Source: Cercozoa sp. M6MM
Lineage: Eukaryota > Protista > Endomyxa: Ascetosporea
Direction: 5' to 3' (one strand)
Assembly: GCA_040357565.1 (NCBI GenBank)
Contig: JBDODJ010000079.1
DNA: 48,104 bases
The stretch's first letter is position 1. The number at the start of each line of letters is the position of its first letter. Below the pieces are notes generated by a model. That model was given only the letters and a program-made list of their open reading frames with translations. It did not search any database and was not told where the DNA came from. The translations under genes and the position numbers were made by a program. Below, piece after piece: positions 1 to 13,359 of this stretch.

Positions 1-24
1 CTTTACCCCCCTCGTATCATGCAG

Positions 25-1063
25 GGAAGCGACCAAACACGAACCCGTTCCTGATCTTTTTGGTACGAAATTGTTTTTTTGTGTATCCGCTTGTCATCCG
101 CGCGGACGCGATTTGTTGTGTCACAGGTCGAGCAGCGCAACGAATACCGGAAGCGACACCGCGGCAACTTCCGCAACGCCGATCTGGCCAAGTGCGTTTA
201 ATTTTTCCGTTTTTTTTTTTTGTATTTTCCCACATCCGCGCGGACGGAAAAATACAAATAATGTCCAGGATGCTGGCGCCGACGTGGCGCGACATGACGC
301 CGGAGCAGAAGCAGCCCTACGTGGACCTGGCCGAGAGCAACAAGGCCAAGTTCCGCATGATGGTGCGTGTTGCCCGGACTGACCCCGTACCCCCCTTGAC
401 CCCCCTGTGTGCGCAGGTATGGGAGCAGCAGCAGGAGGAGCGGCGCAAGCAGGGCCTGCCGCCACTGCCGCCGCCGCAGCCAGAGCCGAAGAAAATGAAG
501 CAGAAGATGCGCGGCTTTGCGCAGCAACAGCAGGTACATTGATCGATCATGATCGATCAGAGTGACCATGTGATCGATCAGAGTGATCGACTATTGATCG
601 ATCAGAGTGACCATGTGGATAGGCCTCGATGATGGCGCTGCCGTCGGTTCTGTTCGCGCCGGCGGCGCTGGGCTTTGCGCCGGTACTTTACCCCCCTGTT
701 TACCCCCCCGCCCCCCCGTAGCCAGTGCCGGGCAAGCCGCCGCAGCAGGTGACGCCGGCGCAGCCACTGATGATGCCGCCGATGGCGGCGGCGTGTCCGC
801 CGGGACAGGTTCCGCCGGGACAGGTGCCTCCGCCCGGAGCGCTGCCGCAGTCGATGCCGATGATGATGCCGCCGATGCAGATGGCGATGCACATGATGCC
901 GCTGGTGCCGCCGCCGCAGCATCTGATGCCGTCCGCGGGGATGCCGTCCGCGGGGATGCCGCAGATGCCGCCGTCCGCCGGTATGACTATGCCGCAGATG
1001 CCGCCGATGATGCAAATGCCGCCGCTGGGCATGCCGCCGATCACCAGCAACAACAACAACAAT

Positions 1064-1106
<43 letters not shown>

Positions 1107-1378
1107 GCAGTCTTGCGCAGGAACACACGGCCGGTGCAACAACAACAACAGAAACAACAACAACAACAGAAACAACAACAGCAACACCAACGGCGGCAGA
1201 GACAACAACAAGTGCCACTGCCGGTGCTACTGCCGAAAACAACAACAATGACGACGACAACCGCGCGGACGACAACAACCGCGCGGACGAGGCCGGCAGT
1301 GCTGGCGCCGCACCCAGTCCCACGACCGGTGCGACGGCGAGCCCGATTGCGCCGTCCGAGTCATCGTCGGCCCACTAG
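25..1378 (+). CDS. HMG-box protein with Pro/Met/Gln-rich and poly-Asn/Thr low-complexity C-terminus (5'-partial, spliced)
   Basis: Hand-spliced exons 25-62, 127-191, 269-362, 417-533, 623-682, 722-1378, all GT-AG, give KRPNTNPFLIFLVEQRNEYRKRHRGNFRNADLAKMLAPTWRDMTPEQKQPYVDLAESNKAKF, matching the HMG-box pattern. Stop TAG at 1376-1378. The window starts inside an intron. Confidence 0.85.
1048..1106 (+). repeat. (AAC)n trinucleotide tract encoding poly-Asn
   Basis: Seen directly in the last HMG exon. Confidence 0.95.
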
Positions 1379-1898
1379 TTCAGTTAGTTCAGTCGAGTTG
1401 TTACTGTCAACAATATACGATATACTCGGCGGACTGCTTGCTCCGCGTGGAAGCACATGTCAGTCACTGCCTGTAAAAACATGAGAGCCCACCGACATAT
1501 GAGTATCTAGTAGTCTTCAGAAACGCCTGACAATTCCACACGCCGAGTCTCCATAAAGGTAAAATTATCAGCCAAACTCGACCGTCCGGAAATGGGCCTT
1601 GGGCATTCACGCTCGGTTCGGTTTCTCCACCCAGAGGGTGCTCTGAGGAAACCCTCGTGTTCAGAGTGCATCTTGATACTGTCAGTTCAAGACGCCAAAG
1701 TTCCGTCGGATATTCGCCGTTTCGGACTTACAGGTGGCACGTGCTCTCGATCCGAGTCCAAAATGGTGTGCCGAACCTAGGCACGCTCTTCCTTGGAAAT
1801 CTACCGAGCGTACCTTAGCGATTGACTGCTGTTAACCGAAAAAGAACCGAGAGATACTTCGAGTTCCGACATAATTGGACCAAAACCGTGCTCCAAAA

Positions 1899-2132
1899 AT
1901 GAAGTTGTCAGCAATTGCCGTCACAGGTCTGGCTTTGCTGAGAGGCTGCGTGGCCAGCCATCGGATCGCCAATTCCAACACCATTCATGACCAGTCGCCA
2001 TCGGAGCAGGAGGACTTCGAGGTCAATCTGTTCCACCGAGCACGGAACGTGGAGGCTGTGATGATGATAGCGGGCCTGAGCAACCGTCAAACAGACACCG
2101 CTGTGACGCCTCCAGCGAATCTCCAGGTTTGA
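1899..2132 (+). CDS. Hypothetical secreted protein, first exon (may splice on towards ~2600)
   Basis: AAAAATG context; MKLSAIAVTGLALLRGCVA resembles a signal peptide. Possible donor CAG|GTTTGA near 2128 and a coding-like exon at ~2443-2511. No recognisable domain. Confidence 0.35.
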   Translation: MKLSAIAVTGLALLRGCVASHRIANSNTIHDQSPSEQEDFEVNLFHRARNVEAVMMIAGLSNRQTDTAVTPPANLQV

Positions 2133-2941
2133 AACATTCCTGTTTGAAGTGTTTGCGAACCATCTTTCCTAGAGCTGCCTAATACACCCCGCCCGTTGAA
2201 TTCAGTTGGCGCGGATGGTGGACGTGTTGCCAGTAAACTTTAAGCGCCTCGTGGGCGCCTACATTCGCTTCTAATCTGAACGTGCGACAAATCCTGCAGA
2301 ATCGGTATTTTTAGTTTCTAAATACCATCGAGATGTAAGTTTAAGTTAGAAATAAAGTATCGGTATTTTTAGTTTCCCAATATACCCATCTAAATGTAAA
2401 CTTAGAAATACAATATGTTGGTTGGTTGTTGTTGGTGCCCAGGACACGCTTGTTGACGAGGTGGTAGCCCAAGCGATGCAGGAGGTCCAAGTGCCGCCTG
2501 AGTACCAGGAAGGTGGAAACTTGCGGCCACTGTGTACGGTCAGCAGCTGTGCCAGGACCTGCGCCGTCGCTACAACGATCCGGACCCGATGGCTCTGCAC
2601 TGAGCAAACTACGTCATTTCTAGAAATAGGGCGGAACTCACTTCTAGAAATAGACATTCCACAAACTAGCGCGCTTGTTTTGTTTTTTTTTTGGCCTGGA
2701 GCTTGCACAACAACGGCATCGACTTGGATGTGCTTTTTGAACTGCTTTTTACGACATCAGTCACCAGTATGGTGGCCCGGTTCGGTCCTCTACGTCGGCT
2801 TCTTAAGGGAGCGCCGGAGATCGAACTCTTGGGGAAGTTTAAGGCAACAACCGGATTTTAATCGTGCTCTTACAAGCGCAGAAAAGCCCTCACCACTGAG
2901 TGCGTTTTTGAGTTTTTGGCGTGACCCGGCGCGCCAATATA

Positions 2942-3447
2942 ATGTTGACTCGGTGCGCTCGGATACGTCGTGCGTGGACAGCTCAGGGTGCTCGTCTTGC
3001 GAGCGGTATGTGCAGCTTTCGGTGCGAGTGTGCGATCTACACTATTCTGTATCTTTAGAACCCGTTCCGACGGCAGGGGAACTGTCGCATGCTCTCACCC
3101 GGTTTGCGGAGGCAAACAAGACCGCGATTCGATGCGCCACCGCAGGAATATCGATTCTGATGTTTTTGGGGATTGTGTTGGTCGAAGTGCGTGTACCGTA
3201 CTCTCTCTTATCGGCGTATTTGGCGGTTTTCATTGAGTTTCTCGTGCCATAGCTGAGCAGCAAGGTCGATGAATTCTACGGCCGAATCGACAGCCAGGCT
3301 GACGCCATTCGGTCGGATATGAACAGAGTGTTGTGTGCTGCCCTCAATGCCAATGTCAGAAGCGACTCTGCTGCTGGCCAGTCGGACTCAAGCTCAGACC
3401 AGTCGGACGCAAGCTCAGAGGATTCGAGTCCGCAGCTTCCAGAATGA
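2942..3447 (+). CDS. Small 3-exon orphan protein (130 aa): presequence-like N-terminus, one TM helix, short coiled coil; copy 1 of a duplicated gene
   Basis: Exons 2942-3005, 3059-3192, 3253-3447 splice in frame: MLTRCARIRRAWTAQGARLAS...AGISILMFLGIVLVEVRLSSKVDEFYGRIDSQADAIRSDMNRV...PQLPE*. The same structure is conserved in the inverted copy at 20229-20756. Confidence 0.7.
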
Positions 3448-3521
3448 TGGAACGAGAATTCTAACTGAATTCGCTAAAATAATCCTGTTAATGTACTATA
3501 CTATTCTACCGGCATTCTCTC

Positions 3522-3625
3522 TGTTACTGACGGTTGTCTGGCAGTGAAAAGAACAAAATAAAAGAAGTAAATCGTCAATTAGACGAAGTGATTCGGTTTG
3601 TAGAAGCGAAGTGAAGATTTACCCC
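3522..3625 (+). repeat. Short dispersed 3'-flank element (homologous to 10025-10115)
   Basis: Shares TGTTACTGACGGTTGTC, CAGTGAAAAGAAC, TTGTAGAAGCGAAGTGAAGA and TTACCCC with 10025-10115. Confidence 0.75.
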
Positions 3626-3731
3626 ACGGGTTTTACGTCAAACTAGACGACTGTTTTGGTGGGTAACTCGACAGTTTTTATTTAGTTTTTCTCCTTTCCC
3701 TTACTGATAGCCGCAGGAACAGCGTAATAAA

Positions 3732-4696
3732 CTAGTTGAAGCGCAGACTACGCAGTTCGAGCATCTCGGCCGACAGCGTGAGGATGGCAAAGTCGGCGAC
3801 GTCGGCGTGTTTGCAGCTGCGCCAGTGCAGCTCGAGCTGCGACTCGCCGCGGAACTCGCTCTTGAGACACTGCGCTGTCTGTCGAGCACAACGCACAGCA
3901 ACGACCTGTGCACTCATGTGTGTCAAGCACACAGTTCAAAGCACAAGTATGGTAGGGTGCGGGTACCTGCATCTCGGCATCGTGTGAGTCAGGAGAGGCA
4001 AAGTGCGCGGCCACCTGCCAGGCGAGTTGCGGGTCACTCGTGATGCGAGAGGCCGTCTCCAGCGTGGCCAGCAGACACAGCGACACTGAGGACTCGGCAG
4101 TTTGACTCGTCCGGGCGAGTGACAGGTTGTGTCGCTGCATGCGTCGAGTCACCTGGACACACACCGAGAGCAGCGCGGCCAGGCGAGTGTGCCACCTGGC
4201 CCCTGGCTGTGTGCACAGCTGCAACGGCAGTCGCACGAACAGAGACGACACTGGACGCTCCGGTGGCAGCTCTGTGCACTCTCAGTCTTTTTGTGCATCT
4301 TCTAGGTATACGACACCGATATAGCAAGAGTACCGAGTCGCAGCAGGTCGAAACTGAAGCTGGCAAGGTTGCTCGTGTCGATCGAATGCGACACGATCCT
4401 TTCGGCGTCCGGCAGTGTCGTGGGAACTCTAACATTGACTGCAACAGCCACCGATCGGTTCCGACTGTCGCCCTCACCTTCTTGACTGGCCAGCATGGCG
4501 TTGCACGCCACGTGGTGCAGCGACACCTCCCTGCCTCAACAGCATTCGACATCATCACAGAGAACACTGTCTCTGGGACTGCTGAAAAAACTCACAGATC
4601 TTCCGTGAACAGCCACAAGGAGGAACGAAACGAAGTGCGCTCCTTCCCGAGAGTATCGACGCCGTCGCATTTGCCGATGAAGTGGCGCAACTGCAT
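3732..4696 (-). CDS. Hypothetical protein (spliced, about 4 exons)
   Basis: ATG at 4696 (MQLRHFIGKCDGVDTL...). GT-AG introns join ORF pieces 4302-4526, 3748-4251 and 3732-3932 in frame; TAG at 3732. No family recognised. Confidence 0.5.
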
Positions 4697-4949
4697 CTCT
4701 GCCTCCCGCCAAATACGGTTGAACTTTAGGACAATCAATTGATAAGTTTAGCGGTGTGCAAGCGTGCTAACCTTCACTAGTGCAGAAACGTACACTAATG
4801 CGCGTTTCTGTACGGCGAGAAAATACAGTAATCCTCACATTGCTGGCTCAGTCGTTTTTTTTTTTGTACTTCGCTGGCTGTCCAAATAGCGTACGTAACG
4901 GAATGTGACTTGCGTAACTTTATTTTGACACCAATAGTTGAAATAAGAT

Positions 4950-7235
4950 TCACTCAAGTGTCGCAATGTGGCCATCCGGACGCACCAGCACGCCTCGCGA
5001 CACTCCGCCCTGCTCGCACATATCTCGGAACCGGTCACATTCTTCGGCTTGGAAGTGATCCTTCGCGCGGAAGGTGGCTGCATTCGGTACACGCGCAGTC
5101 GACGCCGAGTCGATGGCAAAAAATGTCCAGCCAGGCCATGAGTTTGAAATCAAGTCGAGCGAGGACTGAGCGTTCCGTGTGCGGAAGTGCGGAAACCTGC
5201 CGCCCACTCGGAGTGATGGCGAATACGACAGGTCACGCAACGTTAAGTCGTCCGAGTTGCCGTACACCTGTACCGGTTAGAAAAATGTAAAACCTAGTTC
5301 AAGTCAAGGTAGCCAGATCTTACGAATCCAATGTCATGCCGCGGGTATTGCAGTTGCAACGTAGCTGCTTAAGCACTCTCGAATTTAATTAAGACAAACA
5401 AACCAATCAATCAGACCGACCTGAACTGTCCGCGCGGAAGAGTTTCTCCAACTTTTGATTAACGTGCTGCACGGGCGGCGTGTGTTGCAGCAGCGCCAGC
5501 GCTTTCTCGTACATATCGAACAGCACCGAATCCACCGGATTCTGCAAGTGAGAAACTGTTTTTTCGACTTTTGTGGGGTTTGGGGAGTTTTGAACAGGTT
5601 TTTTCTTGAAACTACGTATATTTGTGGATGTGTGTGTGTGTGTGCGTGTGTATATATTTGTATGTGTGGTACAGTGCAGAAGTGCTCGCGCTCGGCGGCA
5701 AGAACTTCGGGTGCAGGCGGTCGGATTACCCGTGTCACACTGAGGCCCTATTCAAACAGGTAACAGTCGAACACACGGCAACTGCTGAAAGCAGACGGAC
5801 CAGTTTGGTGGCTTGTTGCCAGAGTTGCGTTTTGACAAAGGACGGCAGCGGCAACGCGTCCAATGCGTCCGAAAGCACACCAGCTGCACGCTTGTGCAGA
5901 CCCATTGTTTCAGGCACCTACCGTTAAAAGTATACAGCACAGACGCGAGACAAAGCAGAAACTGACACTGTTTGCAGCTTCAAAGTTGCGCAGCGACTGC
6001 ATGAGATTGCGCCGCGCGATTTCGCTGCGTTCGCGACTGTAATCGTCCAAGTCTGCTCTGCATACGGCACAGTAACACAACAACTGGAACTGAGCAACAA
6101 CGTAGATACCCTGAGGCTAGTCGCCACACGAGTGCGTGAGCATCTTGCACGCCCGTGTTGAGACCGAAACCGCCAGCCTAGACTCGAAACAAGATGAGCA
6201 CATGAGTAGAACACTTGACTGGTCAGGCACCTCTGTCAGTGATCAGTGTCACAGGTGTTACCGGAGGGAACTGATGTGCAGCATCGCCACACAGCACGAT
6301 GGTACTGCTGTCATTATCATTGTTGCTGTTGTGCACGTAGCGAGACGCCACTTGGCCGCGCATCGTCCACGGATTCGCCTGAACATGAAGATAAGTTGAT
6401 CACTGTTGTCACCATTGTTTTTGATGATAACGTGTGCAAGTACCGACAAAATCTGCAGATCGGAAATTCGCGTTCCTCGGATCTTCCGCGAGACTTCTGC
6501 GCTGGTTCCGTGAATGGCCTCCATCAGCAGGCCCTCACAGGTGCCAATGTCAAAGTCCGAATGCTTCTGCGGCGACCAGAACGGAACTGCAACAGACAGG
6601 ACGCGCTCAAAAGTACCACACAAAAAGCGAGAAAACACAAGTTGTACTTTGTGCCACGAATTCGCCGTTTTCAAGATCGTGCGCAACAATCACCACGACC
6701 GATCTGAGAAAGCGAAAGCGTATCTGGAAGCGTAGCCACAGTGATTTAAGTCCAGAGAACGTCGGGTACCGACGTGCAAACACAAAGTACAGCATTGCAG
6801 GGTCCTGTCCATATAGAACATCAGTGGAGAGGCACAGGCCAGGAGAGACGACACCTGCTGTAGCACCGAGGCCAGCTGCTGGCTTTTGAAGTGAACATTG
6901 ATAAGTGAGTGCACGTGACTCGTGTCACTCTGCATACCGATATCGGTACTGCACATATACAGACACACGCACGTGCAGTGCACATTGTGACAGACAAAAG
7001 TGGGTGAGTACTATTGATTTCGCACGAAAGAGTGAGCGCCATCGCAGGCAATGACAGTGTCGGTTTCGATGCAAGCGGTCTCCTTGCTGGCAGTGTTCTG
7101 GACCAGCAGACGCCTGCCCTCCAGTCCGACAACCTCGTGCTCGTACCTGATCGTGTGCTCTGCACTGTCTTGCCTGTTGTCGTAGGCACTGTGGAACTGC
7201 ATCCCCAGGGGCAGTAACACACCAACACAGGAACG

Positions 7236-7286
<51 letters not shown>

Positions 7287-7296
7287 NNNNNNNNNN

Positions 7297-7345
<49 letters not shown>

Positions 7346-7918
7346 GTACTTGAGTCAAGGCATCCACGAAGTGGTGCTGCGGCACGTGCAGCTGCCGACA
7401 CGGAGACATCTGCTTTCCGGAAACAGTTAAAAAAGAACCGATAACAAACGAGAGAAATAAATAGAGCAGGCAAGAGAAAGGCACGGAAGCAAGCGAGTCC
7501 TCAGACATGTGGTCCACGCGGCCCAGCAGCGAGTGCGACAGGTGGCACAGGTCTGTGCTGTAGACAAAGTTGCGCCACATCGCCACCTCCGGCGACCTGG
7601 CCTACACGCGCAGCCTTTCTTCAACCTTAACCCCCCCCCCCCCCCCAGATTCCGATCAACTTACCTCAACGGCAGCTTGCAAGGCAGGCGAGATCGATCG
7701 CAACACCTCCATCGTGCGCGTGTTCAGGTAGTGTGCCTGAGGGTGCTGCGTTCCTTGAGCTGCTTTCTCCAGAACCATGTGAGGCACGCGGAAACGCCGC
7801 AGCAGCAGTGACGTTGTCAGGCCGACTGCGAAGACCGAGTTTTCATTGCAACAACCAGTCCCGCGCAAATATGAAAATTACCGGCACCGCCGCCAACCAC
7901 TGTAACTGGCACTCTCAT
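4950..7918 (-). CDS. FAD-dependent aromatic monooxygenase (FAD_binding_3, PheA/TfdB-like), multi-exon
   Basis: Spliced product has the Rossmann motif MRVPVTVVGGGAVGLTTSLLL, HPQAHYLNTRTMEVLR, IACDGAHSFVR, the fingerprint GDAAHQFPPAGGFGLNTGVQDAHAL, GGRFPH and C-terminal VLVRPDGHIA; TGA at 4950. Confidence 0.9.
7240..7343. repeat. (GA)n microsatellite with a 10-N gap, intronic
   Basis: Seen directly; Ns at 7287-7296. Confidence 0.95.
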
Positions 7919-8185
7919 TGGCTACACACAACAACGCTCAATCCATTCGAGCGCTTCCGGTGCACTTTAATGTGTAAAACGTCGCTTTGCCTGATCGGGC
8001 TCTGATACTATTTTCATAGACTGTTAAACGTACTACAGCTGTGCTGTGGTGTGCTTGTATTAATTTCGTGTCGTTCTAGTGCATATTTGTGGAAGCAACG
8101 ACCTACGATTTTTTGTACTGGTTTTCGCCTGCTCGTGCGCTCTCGTGGTCCGCGCGGATTCCGTTTTTTGTCGTCTGTTTCGCCA

Positions 8186-9942
8186 ATGAACGAGCTGGCG
8201 CGATGGCATGACTTAAACATGGTGAGGGTTGAAGCTGCAGGAGATCTGCAATGTAGGGTGCAACCTGGTCTTTTCCCAGGCACCGGCGGAACTTCGGTGC
8301 GATGTGACCCTGCGCAACGGACAGTGCTTCCATTGGTCTGTGAGCAAACTGAATCAAGATAACGAGCCGTGTCGATGGCGAGCCGTATTGGCGCGTTCCG
8401 TGGCCGTTGGTGCGTTTGAGTTTTTGTATTCTGCTGTTCGCGTTTTTCGTGTTGTTTTGACCTCGTTGTCGTAGAGCTCTGGCAGCGCCCGGAAGCGACG
8501 TGGTTCCGCGTGCTTGGCTGCAGCGACGCCGACTGGCGAATTGCGCTTCAAAGCGTGACGAAACAAAGCGAAATCGAAACCGGAAGCGAAAGCGAAAGCG
8601 AAAAAAGCAACGAAAGCGAAACCGAAACCGAAAGCGAAAGCAAAAGCGAAATCGAAAGCGAAAGCGAGTTGCCGCGCATCGAAGAAGTTCGAAAAATTCT
8701 GGCGTTGCACTTGCATGCCGATGTCGCTTTGACTGAACTTGGTCAAGATGTTTGGAAATCGACCGATGTCGCTCCTTTATTAAACCCTGGGTGAGTTTCA
8801 ACTATTTTCGTTTTAGTCGTTTTTGATCGCATGCAGCGTTTCTCGTTTGATCTTTTTTGCAGTGCGTTCCAAGGCTTGCGACTGCTGAGACAGGAGCCAT
8901 GGGAGTGTTTAATTTCCTTCTTGGTGTCTGCCAACAACAACATGTCAGTTTCTATAGAAAAGCTGTGGAAGCTAGTTGAAATGGCTTTGTGTGTGTTGTG
9001 GATATAGCAAGCGAATAGAGTCTCTTCTGACCAAGCTTCGCGAAACCTACGGCACTCGAGTGGAAGTGTTCGACTGTCTCAAGAAGCAAAGCGAAAACTC
9101 GAGCGAAGAAGCAGTGAAACTCGGCGAAATCGAGCCGCTAGTCAAGGCTGGGCAGATGTTCAAGTTCCCGACACTGGCGCAACTGAGCGCCGAGAGTGAG
9201 GAGACCTTTCGCACGATGGGACTGGGCTACCGCGCGCCTCGACTGGTGCAGACAATCAAGACAGTGGCTGCCAAAGGCGGCATAAAGTGGCTTGAGTCGC
9301 TGCGAGACTTGCCAGCCTCGGCCGAGAGCCGAAAGCACGTACGACAGGAACTGCTGGCACTGGCGGGTGTGGGACCCAAGGTGGCCGATTGCGTGGCCTT
9401 GTTCTCGCTGGACCGGCTGGATCTGTCGCCTGTGGACACGCACGTCTGGCAGATCACGCAGCGCAGGTACATGCCGTTGCTGAGACAGCGACTCAGACAG
9501 ACGCAGGGCAAGAAGACAACCAAGCTGCCCAAGAGTGTCACGCCTGCTGTTCACGACGCTGTCGGCGATGTCTTTCGCTCTCTCTACGGCCAGCATGCTG
9601 TACAACCTACCCTTTACCCTCATGCCCGTTTACCTTTCTCTATCCTTTTACTTCCCCCATCCCATACCTTCTCCCATCCTGTAGGGCTGGGCACAGCAGT
9701 TGCTCTTTGCTGCCGAGTTGCCGCAGTTCAAGCAGCGACTCGTGCACACCAAGAGGCCGTCCGAGTCGGTCGGCGACAGTTCAGCTAGTGATACTGGTAC
9801 CAAACCCACCAGCCAGAGTGCGAGTGCCAGTGACTCGCACTCTCGCGACGATTCGGAACTGAACGACGAAAATGCCGACGCGAACGAACCGGCGCGCAAG
9901 CGACGCCGTCTGCGTCCTCGACGCGTCGTCAACTATCGCTGA
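8186..9942 (+). CDS. OGG1: 8-oxoguanine DNA glycosylase/AP lyase
   Basis: Spliced: [56 protein letters not shown], HhH-GPD motif LLALAGVGPKVADCVALFSLDRLDLSPVDTHVWQI (catalytic Lys and Asp), AGWAQQLLF; basic NLS-like tail RKRRRLRPRR. Confidence 0.95.
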
Positions 9943-10024
9943 CGTGACACGACAGTCGAGTCGAGTAGCCGGTGCGGCGGGTAGCTAGTCAATTACGTTA
10001 ACTGACCTAATATAAGTTGGTTAT

Positions 10025-10115
10025 TGTTACTGACGGTTGTCAGTGAAAAGAACTAACTAAAGAAGCGAGGGAATCAATAGATTCAGCTTGTAGAAGCGAA
10101 GTGAAGAATTACCCC
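10025..10115 (+). repeat. Short dispersed 3'-flank element (homologous to 3522-3625)
   Basis: Block-wise identity to 3522-3625; contains the hairpin ACTGAC-GGTT-GTCAGT. Confidence 0.75.
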
Positions 10116-11373
10116 TACTGGAATCTTCCGTCACAGGGAAAATCGTGAGAAGATTAAAAACCCCTTCTCTACAGCAGCCAATGCTTACTTGTAGAGGTGG
10201 ATATCAGCACAAACTGCAGAGCAACTGACCAGCTGATGCCAAGTAGATGAGGTTTTCTCTTTGCCAACTGGCAGGCTCAACACAAACTCTTAACTCTTCT
10301 TTCTTTTAATTCAATGATGGGAGACCAACTGGCCTGTCTGGGTTCATCCCCGCGGAGGCTGCATAATTTGAGTCAGTCTGTAACACTAAACTATCGAGTA
10401 CTGACGGACAGCAACGATGAGGATACATTCACTAAACATGTACTGAGTTACTTCGTACAATTTTACTGTCTTTGTGTCAGTACCACTCTACAGTACTGTA
10501 GCCACTGCACTATAGTACTGTAGCCATAGAACGTACAGTACTGTCGTCTCTATACGGTGCAGTGCTGTATACGTAGCTGCAGTTCCATTTTGCAGTATCC
10601 ACTTGTTTCTAGTTGTCCAAACAGACTTAACTTACAGGACAAATTCGATTGAATTGTTCAGTTGTGGTCAGTGATCGGTGCAATAGGAGCTCCAGGACTG
10701 CGCATGCTTGGGGCGGGACTAACAAGAGACTCTCTAAGGCTGGGAGCTTGCGTCGAGTTCGAAATCCAACTGGGATCCTGCGAAGTCTGACCATGACTCG
10801 CCGTGTACCCCGCCGTAATGCTCTGGACAAAGTTACTGCAGTATCAGCTTACTATATACTAGTATACAGCTAGGTGGTAGTCTGGACAATCGTCAACTCA
10901 CCGCGATGCATATCACAGTAACGACGAAGCAAATCACGGCGACGGACCACCTCGCACTGTTGCACCGCACGCCGCAGACTCTGTCAGTGTCCACTCCCCC
11001 TGCAAATCGACTCGGAGGCGGCATTGCTTGGATTATTGCCTGTCTCGTACAACAACTAACTTATATAAAGTGTTGACCGTGGATGCTGGGAAGGCACCGG
11101 CACGGCTGCATTCCGAGTATCCATCCACGCGTATGTCGGGTTTGTACTCTCGGTCACCACGGGCCCGACCTGAGCCATTTTAATGCTAGCTTTGGTCATT
11201 TAACCCACCAGAAAACAACACAACAAAGCTGCTTGAAGTCCGAACGCACGAGTTACTATCGGCTCAAAAGTTCTGGGAGTCCATAATGAGCCGCTAGTCG
11301 TTAGTCTTTCCAAGACACGCTTTCGTGCTTTCTGCCTACGCGAGCGTGTTTAGTTCTGTTGATCCTCTAGGAT

Positions 11374-13244
11374 ATGGCTACTGAGCGGTACCATATGCCT
11401 CTAATTATTTCCCATTACCTCGGTTTTCGATGATGTGTGCACAGGGCCCTGCCGCGCTCAAAGAGTCCCGAGTTTATGTACGACGAAAGCGATGAACCTG
11501 TGCAAACCCAGCCGTCGCGTCCTCCGGTATCCCAGTTTGATTCGAACAAACTGTGCTTGATTTGCTTGCAAGCAGGAGAGACTGAACAACCAGTGCTGCC
11601 CGATCTGCCACAAACTGATTCGTTGCGATCTGATTCAGCACTTAGACGCCGTTCATTTAGGCTTGTTGCGTTTTCGCTGCCCAAAGTGAGTTTCTTGCTT
11701 AAGCAAACACAACTTTGTCTGCTTTTGTCTTGTCAGGTCGTTCGTTTGACTGATGTGCAGGTGTGAGTACAAAAGACCGCGCAAGGTCGAAGTGACGACT
11801 CATCTTATCGACAAACACGGCAAACAACGTATTTTTCGAAAGCAAAAACCTTTCCCAAAGCAAAAAATTTTAATCGCTATAAGTTTAGATGCAAGCGAAG
11901 TTGAATCGTTGCTTGCAGATCCAAACGCGTACTTAAACGAAGTAACTTCTTTGTTCAGGTATCCCGAGTTTGTTTTGAAAGTAAAAGCAGTGATTGTTGA
12001 TTTAAATTTCGTGCATGTTTTATGCAGACACTTGTTGTTGGAAAAACTGACGCGACAGCAGTTCCTGCGAAAGTACCACGCGTGTGCTGCGCAACATTCA
12101 CAGGTAGCTTTTGAGAGAGCTGAATATCTTCTGCTCTCAATATAAATGCTGACTTTATGCTTTGAACCACTTGCCTCTCGTGCCCCAGGGACAAGTATGC
12201 ATGCGATCGTTGGCAGAAATCACCAACGAAGCTATCCAGTTTGACAACGCACGAACCGAGCAAGACCCTGACCCAGTACTTCCGGTATATTTTGTTTAAT
12301 TGCTGCGTCTGTCAACTGCAAGTTCCCGCGGATGCAGGAAAGACCGAAAAAGCAACGAAAATTAAAAGCACCGAAAACGCCAGATCGAACTGTCTCAGCG
12401 GTGTGTTGCGCTCATTGGATTGCTGCAGCGTAGATTCTCTGCTGTGCAGACCACAGATAGCACTCCAAGACGCTCGTCTCGTCGCCTGCAGGCGAAATCA
12501 ACGCCGTCAAAAAGTTCCGACTCCTCCAGGTATTTGACACTCCATTTTTTGCAGTGTTTCTTTAACATTGCCACTAAAAACAGCGAAACGAGGAGTACGA
12601 TAAGTGAGAGCGATGGTGTGCTGATCGAGCAACTGCAAGCAACACAGCGGGTCAGTTTTTTATTTTTAGTTGCCAACGCGAAATATATAATGGTTGGTTT
12701 TGATTTAAGCAGGCCCAGGACGCGATTGCTCTGATCGAAGCCGCGTGTGACCCGAAGTGGTACGCTCGAGTGCTTGGCGCGCCCAACGAACGAAGCAACG
12801 ATGACCATAGTGCCGTTGATTTCATCGACAAGAACAGCATTGGGAAAAACGATCCGACACGAGACTTGGCTGTCGCCACTCTCGCACTGTGTCGATTACG
12901 GAGTGTCGTACACTTGTCTTTTTTACTGTTTGATGGTGGCTACCATCTGTGTGTTTTGTGAGTGGAGAGTTTGCAGACACGAAGTGAAGGACCGGCTTGT
13001 TTCGCCGCTGATTATGCTAGAGAGAAAGAGTCAGTCACGCCGTGCAAGGGCGCTCTGGTAAATCTGTTGCTCCTTGTGTTTGTGTCTTGTACCTTTGAGG
13101 TGCGTGCAGGTTGTGCTCCGCAACCTGGCTGCGAGGGTACGAAGATACCACCCAAGCGAGAATGTCGCTTTGCTGCTGTCCAACGAAGTGGCCGTGACTT
13201 TCCGCCACTCGGCGTCAACAAGATCTGACTCAAGATCAGACTGA
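11374..13244 (+). CDS. Hypothetical multi-exon protein (possible degenerate C2H2-like segment)
   Basis: A series of coding-like exons bounded by GT/AG, e.g. RCEYKRPRKVEVTTHLIDKH, AQDAIALIEAACDPKWYARVL and a final ...SASTRSDSRSD*. Exact start and internal structure uncertain. Confidence 0.45.
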
Positions 13245-13359
13245 GTGCTCGTGTGCCTGGAACCAGTGCAGCTCAACTGTGTGAATCAACCAAAAACACA
13301 AATGCAACTCATGATGTGTCCTGAACCAACCTCATTGAAGATTTGCAGCTACTCTGCCG

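Noticed and set aside
7011-7013. In-frame TAG in the monooxygenase suggesting stop-codon reassignment
   Set aside because: The codon is split by an intron (TA|gtac...ag|T = Tyr). TAA, TAG and TGA all serve as real stops in the window.
363-7670. Initial impression that all introns are phase 0
   Set aside because: Phase 1 and 2 introns are common (e.g. 192, 3006, and several in OGG1 and the monooxygenase).
4950-7918. Recent bacterial horizontal transfer of the monooxygenase
   Set aside because: The gene is intron-rich with host-like introns and the family is widespread in eukaryotes; a phylogeny would be needed.
10130-11350. Short ORFs in the OGG1 downstream intergenic region
   Set aside because: No motif, codon bias or consistent splice chain that I could support.
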